A DNA stretch of 64,000 bases from Bigelowiella natans CCMP2755. Its lineage: Eukaryota; Protista; Cercozoa. Positions 55,269 to 64,000 of the stretch are shown here, one piece after another. The position numbers and the translations under genes were made by a program. The stretch lies in contig ADNK01002630.1 of the NCBI GenBank assembly GCA_000320545.1, positions 8,502 to 72,501 of the forward strand. Reading direction: 5' to 3'. Positions within the stretch are counted from its first letter, which is position 1. The number at the start of each line of letters is the position of its first letter. The notes under the pieces were generated by a model that was not told the DNA's origin, ran no database searches, and was given only the letters and a program-made list of their open reading frames with translations.

Positions 55269-56153
55269 ATATTGATATTGTATGATGCATATTAGACACA
55301 TTCAAGTGAGTAATGTATTGCAGCAAAATCGAGATTACGCACGAAAGCCCCGATCAATATAACAATCAATACCCTCCTATTACTTTTACCATAATAATAA
55401 TTATTCTCTCACCAACCGACGTTACTACAAAAATCATACTCCCCCCCCCCCCCTCCCCCCCCCTCTCCACGTCCTTCTCCCTCTTCTCCTTTTCCTCCTT
55501 TTCGTACAGGACTGACAACCTTCGCTCGATGATTCGGTTAGTAGAGAATATTTTGTCCATCTCTATTTGATCCATCTGAGCGAGGGAAGAGTGGAGGGGG
55601 GAGAGGGGGGAGGAGAAGAAGGAATGTCAAAGTGATAAAACATTTTTTTGCTTTGGAACACTGTTAAAAAGGAAAACAAATGAGCATATCTGCTTCTTGT
55701 ACGCTTCACAAAGACAGCCGCTCGCTTGTATGAATACTAGCGTACGATGATGAAGATAATGATGATGATGATGATGATGATGATGGGTGTGGTCTCAATC
55801 TAACAGTCGAGGATCCTGTCTATCATGCTGTTGGGTACTCCCCGTACTACATATACATCGTTTGGAGATGCAGCAAGAGAGTGAAGTTTCTCCGTGATCA
55901 GCTGCTGGTGATACTACTAGCAGCACCACTCGCAGTGGTAATAATAGTAGCAGTAGTAGTGGTGGTGGTAGTGGTGGTGGTAGTAGTCGTCCAAATACCT
56001 GCTTCTTAAGGAGGGGTGCGGTGTGATTCATTTCAAAGTGCATGTGCGTCACTCCGTAGACCTCTGCAATCGGTTCGCCAACTGATGATGGTGTGTGCAG
56101 ATGTAGCAAATGTGATTTTATATAATTTATACAAATATTATCTATAATATACA

Positions 56154-56189
<36 letters not shown>

Positions 56190-57935
56190 TATATATACAC
56201 ATATATTTATATATGTATCAATACATATGAATGATGCTGCAGTTGATAACATGATGCGCACGAATGCGACGCCATATCAGCAACCTCTAGCGTGTGCGCA
56301 CTATACAATAAACTCGTATACTACTTCCACAACTACTTCAGCTCAAATCCCAAACCCACGCAGCAAGGGTGTACGCGAGGCATTCAAAACAATCGATAGG
56401 AGACGGCAAAAGCAAAGGGTTCTTTCTCGGCGTCACTTCGCATCACATTGCACTTTCATCGCATGCGTGCATGCGTGTAGAAATGCGCGCGCAATACCTC
56501 CTGTGATGTTTACCTCCAGCCAACTCGGTAGCGCACGCCTCAAAGTAGCGAACCACACAAGATCTTTGGGAATCCTGGTCATTATTGATATATATGTATA
56601 TATCTATATCAATATTTATATACAATATATATCATTATTGTATATCATATCCTCGGATTCAATCAACTCATACTAGACGTCATGTTACACGAGGATGATG
56701 CAGGCTAACGATCTATTCGTAGCCTGCATAGAAACACGAACAGTTACTACAATTTCTCGTTCTCTTCCTCTCCTCCTCTCTCCTCCTCTCCTCTCCATCC
56801 CCCTCCCCCTCTCCCTCTCCCTCCCTCTTTACCACGTCGTTTTCCAACGAATCCGCACCTAACAGCAAAAAAACAGCAAAAAATAGCACGATTTATCAAT
56901 TGTCCACCCAAGCATTGAGAAGAATCTGCACAAATAAAAACGCGTATTCTAGCTAATTGGGACTATAGAGAGACGGCAGCGGCACTATCCGCCCCTCGTG
57001 ATAACAACGCAGTGGTCGCATATGGTCGCTTGCAGCAATACGCTATCATCACGCTGTGCTTGAGAGAGGCAGAGGCAAAGGATGCATCCCGTATTTATAC
57101 GAGTATAGTATTCGCACTAATTGCAAGATACACTCCGTCTTGAAAGCTCTTTGAAATTCTAAGGTGTGCTAGGTGTGGTTCTAGCTCTTACCACTCCTTT
57201 GCCGATGATGGGTTCCACCTTTTCACGACGATTCATTTGCACAACAATCGATAACAATTCGGTCAGGAATCCTTGTAAATGGCAGTGGTTATGTGTGCAT
57301 CAACTCTACGTGGCCCATTCACGAACAACCAGTCGATTGCGCGTTTTCAAAGGAATGGCAGCAATCAGAAATGGATGGATTCTTCCTGTGCGTCATCTTC
57401 ATATATGCAGCATGCTATGCTTTGCACGAGGAAGCAGCCGCGTAACAACTATCCCTCTATCTTCCTACCACTTCCAGGAGCGTTGTATTAGCCTGACACA
57501 AGAATACACATATGCGTGGAAAATGCAATCAATGCAAACACCTTTTGCTTTGCACGCATCTCGAAAACTCGATCCTATCGGTACTACAACAGGCCAAAAC
57601 GCCGGCGCTATAGCACAAACATCATCGACGTCTCCAACTGCATATTGCATCGAGACGATCTCCCTGACAAGCCCCCGCAATCCCGGAAGTTCCAAGCTCA
57701 CCGTTCATATTCAAACACACGTCAAGCAAGCTATCGCGAATGCGCATCTACCTCAGGCATCATATCGAAGTTCTGTCTCCATGCCGCCAAGGAGTCTAAG
57801 TAGCTGGTGGCGCGGAAGGAAGGAAGAGGGTGAGAAGGATACTAAAAAGGCATTCTGTTATGCTCTATCACACGGTGTAAGAGTAGGTAGGACTAAAATC
57901 TCACTTGCTGCTACTGTTTGAACACGCACACACAG

Positions 57936-58020
<85 letters not shown>

Positions 58021-58565
58021 GAAGACTCGCAATTGCTGCGCGAGAGAGCTGTCCCAAATATCTACAACTGGAAAATTGCGAGTTGTATGCTGCTGCTCAC
58101 CGAGACTTGCCGTGCACGCGCCACAAGGGAGACGAAAGCAAAACGTCATTCCTGCTCATTGCAACAAGGGCGTATTTAGTTCAATAAATACCGGGGAAAA
58201 AACACGGCTGCGCTCGCAACGATGCGTTAGCAGGTCCCTCTCTTACTTGAGTGCTTCTGCATCGGTGATGAAAACGCCGCTGTTACCCGCAATCATGCGG
58301 TCTAAAGTGTATCTGATAACAACGCGAAACAGCACGTAGGCCGTGCGGGTGAGAAGGAGTGAAGGGGCAGCAGGAGGGCAGAACCCTGTCAAAGTCAACG
58401 TCTCTCTTCGCATGGCTCTTAGTATCACCGAACGAGTTGAGTATCTAGGATTCGTGGCTTCTTCACGCCTACACGCGATAAGCATAGCGTCACATTACAT
58501 TCTGTGCTAAAGCTAACTGTCCTGTAACGAGTCCCCCAATTTCGAAACCCAAGCGTGCACTCACC

Positions 58566-58608
<43 letters not shown>

Positions 58609-59296
58609 GGATGTAAAGATGGGGAGAGAGAAATAGCGAAAGACGGAGAGAGAGGAGAGAGAGAGAGAGAAAGAGAGAGAAAGAGAGAGAGATGGAAAAA
58701 GAGAAATGATGGAGGAATGGGGGGGGGAGGAGCGGGGTAAACAGTTTACATCTTCTACCACCTCCTTTCTTAGCGTCGTTTTCCGTGGGCCTCCCACCTA
58801 ACGCTAGAGGGCGCATTAAGTGACGGCTCCGAGGCTCCTCTCTACTCGCCAATTGCCGTGACTCTGTACTCTGAAGAGGCGACTTAAATTTCTTCGGGGA
58901 AAGAAGATGCCTCCTAGAGATAGGTCTCGCCTGGGACTGTTGTAAACACACCACAGAACACGACGAGAATGGTTACGGAGAAAAGGGTTTCAGGCCGGAA
59001 GACACATAGTTGCTTCTTCTGCATTTCCTGATTCTATTATTTATTTGCACACGATGTGTTTTTTGTAAATTGATAGCGGAAAGACTTGCTAGCTCTGGAA
59101 GAAATCCTGGCCCGGTACGCAGCGAGCATTTTCCACTAGCTTAGCTGCGCGGATGAGGAGAGTACAGAGAGCAGCATACCGCGTAGGAGGAGGCAAACAT
59201 GCGCCGTGAGTGCAGAGAGGCCGAGCAGCTCAATGCAGTCGTGAAGAAATACACCAAGATGCGTAGGCTATTATTTTTGTCGGGGCGAGTCATCAT
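53647..59296 (-). CDS. Intron-dense hypothetical secretory/membrane protein
   Basis: N-terminal MMTRPDKNNSLRILVYFFTTALSCSA (signal-like); internal exons such as LELPGLRGLVREIVSMQYAVGDVDDVCAIAPAFWP; C-terminal hydrophobic segments (LIVIGIATLIG) and a spliced end ..RDDE|VTNAEPD..SISLAS* at 53647. Confidence 0.4.
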
Positions 59297-60793
59297 CAGA
59301 GGGTTGGGACGAATTTTAAGGCCAGCGATCTCCTGGGAGCGGAAGTGAGGCAATTGTGAAGACTTAACAGCTTGAAAGTGATAAATATCTATCGCCTTCT
59401 AAAGCATAAAATGATAGAAAAAAATTGTCGCTTTATCTATATTCATGTTATTATTTAAAATACAAACTTCCGTAGAAGATAAATTGAATCTGATTTATTA
59501 TTCAGAATGCATCATTAATTATGTTGAAACTCTTTTCGATAAATGCAAGTAGCGACAACAATATTCGTTCCGTATTGAAGTAAAACAAATGGGATATGTT
59601 CCGTTTTTCCCTGATAATTGCTTACAGCTATCTTAAAAAGTAGGCGATGGGATGTGTTTGATTGGAAGTGACCAGTGTTACTAGTAAAAGACAACTAAAA
59701 AAACAAGTCGCAAGAACAAAAGAGAATTGCCAGCTGATGATTTTTCTCTTGCCTTTGCAAATCGACTTTTTCCCCATCCAATTTCCTCTACGACAAATGT
59801 TATCTGGGTTAAAAAGTGAAAAACAGAGGGGATTTGCGCGCTGTAGCCCAACGTCTTAGTTGGGTGATCCTTCGGATGACCCGGCCGGGGACCAGACTGT
59901 GGAAGTAGCCTGCAGGAAGTTCTCATTCCAACGAAGAGTGGATGCTTTGCGTTGCCGCCACATTGCCGCCAAATGCGCTGCCCCTTGTAGCTGAAATGCC
60001 AATTTGTCAAACCCATTCAGCTAGTCAGTCCTCACTGAAGCTAGTTCTAGCGCAGGCACTGCGTTTCGCACCTTGCAAACGTCTTGCCACACACTTTGAA
60101 AGTGTGATTCTTCATCACGTTTGTTTGTTTGTTCTTGCTGATTGACTCTACTCCAACAGACTGATTGACGGACCCACGTGCAGCAACAGAGCAACGATTG
60201 CACGCAACAGAGACCAAACACCTCTTCAGCTCTGCACGTTGAGAGCTAGAAAGCCCTTCATGATCATTTGTAATGATAAAGAAGAAACCGCAGCTGTTAA
60301 TGTTTATAACGTAGTTTTAGATAAACAATTTTAAATGTTGTTTATCTTCATGGCCTGCTTGAATCGATTCTTCAGTTTCAGTGAGTCGTTGCGACGCATG
60401 CGACAACATTGCCACCCATGCGACACTGCAAGATTGGCCAGTTGCAACGACAGTTGAAATTGCAGACCTCGCCACCTAGCTAGGTAGTTGTGGCAATCAA
60501 CAACGTGTCAATGACGACGGTGCAACTCATGCAAGTTTTGCAATGCAATGACTGCAATGACAGCAACGCAATACATGCACGTTTGTGATGCGCGCGCGTC
60601 CGGACACATGTCGATGTCTGAAAATTCAAGCACTCTCCTCACATGTTTTCATGCCTCCACCATGTACAGCTAGGTGTGTTTATGTGTGTGTGCAGCTAAT
60701 GGTTTATCCACACGCATCATTGTGTCGTACATGTGTAGATTCTGATGCGGCAGACACCTGTATTCGCCCAGAGAAACATCTATAGATCTATAT

Positions 60794-60970
60794 CTATGCT
60801 AGTGCAGAACATTTGTAAACGATGAAGAGACACTCTCTCAGAATGACCAATGGAACAGCTATTAGCAAAACTGAAAGCCTTTAATTTATCTCTTCCACAC
60901 GCTTTGAATCGTCGATCTCCATCTTTGTTACGCGCACACACACATACGCACACCGAGAGCGCGCGCGAGT

Positions 60971-61026
<56 letters not shown>

Positions 61027-61574
61027 GATGAATAAGAATTAGATGTACTCTCGGTACACACGATATACTTCCCTTGCGAGTTCATTCGAAATGTCTAGCT
61101 ATATCTGCCACTTTCAGAGTGTGGAAAGCAGGTTTTTAGAGACATCAAATGCAGGCCAAAAGACAATAAATTAAAAAACATGGAAACAACGTCACTGGTC
61201 TACAAACTAAAAAGAATGCCTTTGTAGCAATTGGATGTTACCTCCTCTCCCTTACTGGCGGCTGGTACCTCGCCTTGATCTCCATTGCCCTTTCCTCCCT
61301 CAGAAATACCGTCGCCGTCTATCGCATCAGCGGGCTCGGGGACCTGTGTGGGCCACAAAACCATCATTCTCCATCTTCTATCGAAGCGTATACAATGAAC
61401 AAGTGCGTAGGATCTTCGTTATCATCCCCGCCATCATCGCCGCTGTCATCATATCTGCCTCTACTACCATGACCTGCTCGACTGGCTTTTCCTCTTTTGG
61501 CTTTGCAGCGGGCTGATTTTTAACGCAAATATGTATTATTGCGAACAGACGCTCACAGATACAGAAGCGTATAT

Positions 61575-61618
<44 letters not shown>

Positions 61619-61630
61619 ATATATATATCG

Positions 61631-61672
<42 letters not shown>

Positions 61673-61682
61673 AGCACACACT

Positions 61683-61718
<36 letters not shown>

Positions 61719-61722
61719 TGTA

Positions 61723-61759
<37 letters not shown>

Positions 61760-62735
61760 GTTTATGTGAAATGTATATGTTTCTAAATCTATCAACTTCC
61801 AGAATCGGAGCACACACAAATTAAAAAAATGGATATTTTCCTCTCCCCGCCACATAGGTTTCGAAAGACTCGGGCTGTCTACATCTTCCGTCCCCCACCC
61901 CCTCTCCAGGCCAAAAGATCGTGAGGAGATTGCTCAGTGCCGCTCATACTATCACGCTCGGTTGGGGAAAATGCAAACATTAGAAACACATCTGTTATTT
62001 CACCTTATCTTCGTATAAATCCCCCATTACTTTATTCATTGCGCTCGACCAAACCCTAGTTGTTGCGAACACCGGTTATTACTTGGCGACAAGACAAACG
62101 TCCTCCGCCAGCACTCACCGCGCAAATAGAATCTAGGAAGCGAAAGTTGCGAGATTGCGTGCGAGATTGCGTAGATGACCACCAATCAAACACTTTCCGA
62201 AACAATAGAAACATGCCATCATATATGCACTCTCCGCCACTCATTGCGAAGTTGCCGTCAGCCGATTTAAACAAGGAAAAAACAGTTGTTGTTCTCGAGT
62301 TCTGCAGCTTACTGTTTTTCCTTCTGAAACATGCTCTTTTGGGCCTTCACTGCACGATCATGAAGATCCGCAATCTAAGAGGGCAAAGAGGCCGGTTTGA
62401 TAGACAAAATCGATTGAGTGGCAGTGCTAAGCTATGTGTCAATCGAGTAAAAACTGCCAGTGTATTTGCCGTAAACTTGAGAATACTCCTGCATCTTTCG
62501 ATAGGTGTATTGCAGCTACGAGAGTATTGAAGTGCGAAGTACATGTTTATACGTGTGCTACCTGCTCGGATGGAGAGAGGCCGAAAGCTTTATTCGAGTC
62601 CGCAATAGCCTGTGTTTGGATTTCAACGATGCATCATCAGTTAGACGATGCTGCCTCTCTACTCATATCGCATTTACTACACTAATTTGAATTAGAATAA
62701 TAACATATTTATAAGAGTATATACATATAACAAAT

Positions 62736-62771
<36 letters not shown>

Positions 62772-63176
62772 TTATTATATGATTTCGAGTCGTTTTCACC
62801 ACCGACCTCTCGGTACATCTTTAGCCCGTAGTACGCCTTTAAATACACAAACAATCACCGAGAACACCAAACCGCGATTGCGTAAGAAAACACAACCCAA
62901 GCCAGCATAATAAACGAAGAAAGAAAACAAACGTGCATCACGACTGTCAATGGCGATAAACTCTTCACAACTTATCATCGAAACATACACAATGCCAACG
63001 AGAATCTCAAAGTGACTTATTGGGGATTGTACTCGAGGAGAACACTGCTACCTCTGCTCGTCGGTACAGAGCCTTTGCGTGCTTTGGGAAAGTGCTCAGG
63101 ATGGGCGAGAGGATAGGTACGACCTCTGAGATCCTGCGACGAAGGAAATAGCACGAACACGCACACAAACAGAAAG

Positions 63177-63243
<67 letters not shown>

Positions 63244-63790
63244 CGAGGGGGAGGGGGGGTATAGAATACATATATTAATGATTTTCCCACTATGTGCGTG
63301 AGCACGTGCCGCCAGAGAAAGATCAAATCGCAATCAGAAACCGGTTTCCAACTAACACCCTTTCTCAGGCTCACTTTGGCTCGAAATATCTCTCGGTGGG
63401 CGGTCAAAAGCCGTGACTTCTCTCACTTACTTCCGCAGCTTATTCCTCACTGCAGCAAGATTTAGAATGACCGAGAGACGGGTTGTGTTGGCCTGTACCA
63501 TATACATGCATATTATCAACACACACACACACACACACACACACAACTTCTCCGAGATGCTCAGACAACGCACAATCCCAATTTCCAAACCGATAATAAT
63601 ACTTCTTTCAAAAACACAACTTGAAAATTGCTGCATATGCACACGACCCCGCCAGCTGCAGCTGCCTTTAATGTATGGCTACTCACCACTTCAAAAGCAG
63701 GGTCCTTCGTATCTTTGAAGTCGATGTCCTTAAGGAGCTCATAAGCAGCCTAGATGATAAAAAGCAACCATCCGCCATTTGGACGTCACA
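60794..63790 (-). CDS. TPR-repeat protein (co-chaperone-type), possibly tail-anchored; 5' end beyond window
   Basis: Spliced exons: RLSVILNLAAVRNKLRK-ISEVVPILSPILSTFPKHAKALYRRAE-AYYGLKMYRE-AIADSNKAFGLSPSEQ, a typical TPR (N-x-A...KALYRRA...A-x-x-D-x-x-KA-x-x-L-x-P). The possible last exon LSVLLIAVPLVILRECLFIVY is hydrophobic. Confidence 0.65.
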
Positions 63791-63832
63791 TATTGGTTGG
63801 TTACTCTCGCATATAAAACATAATATATTCAC

Positions 63833-63900
<68 letters not shown>

Positions 63901-64000
63901 GAGTATATAATATTTTTTATGCGAGAGAGACAAACCTATATGTGTCGTGTGTATGGGGGGGTGGGTGCTTTTTTTCATATAGGGGGCGTGTGAGCGCGCT

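Noticed and set aside
57166-57921. 251-aa plus-strand ORF
   Set aside because: No ATG start or motifs; it overlaps antisense to spliced minus-strand exons.

Overview
Eukaryotic (protist-type) nuclear DNA, not prokaryotic. Genes are split by GT-AG introns of roughly 80-450 nt that are often filled with (TA)n/(CA)n/(GA)n microsatellites. A chlorarachniophyte-like or other phagotrophic protist is a guess only. Contents in order: the 3' part of an NCS/calcineurin-B-type EF-hand gene (+); a spliced nicotinamidase (PncA-like, -); an AFG2/SPATA5 double-AAA ATPase (+); a ~25 kb minus-strand gene of about 25 exons encoding a roughly 6,500 aa RNF213/mysterin-like AAA+ E3 ligase; four poorly resolved intron-dense hypothetical genes; and a TPR protein gene running off the right edge. 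The main finding is the RNF213-like protein. It keeps the RNF213 scaffold (CBM20-like N-arm, AAA ring, E3 module, CTD) but has a U-box in place of the RING and an apparently zinc-less RZ-finger remnant that still carries the ECG cysteine. It also has inserted RanBP2-type Zn finger, several Tudor-like, WWE, PDZ, UBA and bacterial-type peptidoglycan-binding domains. This makes it a candidate cell-autonomous antibacterial ubiquitylation machine in a unicellular eukaryote. A second signal is a set of TpA-depleted, CTAG/TGCA-rich islands downstream of gene 3' ends. Exon structures were assembled by eye; domain calls rest on motif recognition, not on searches.
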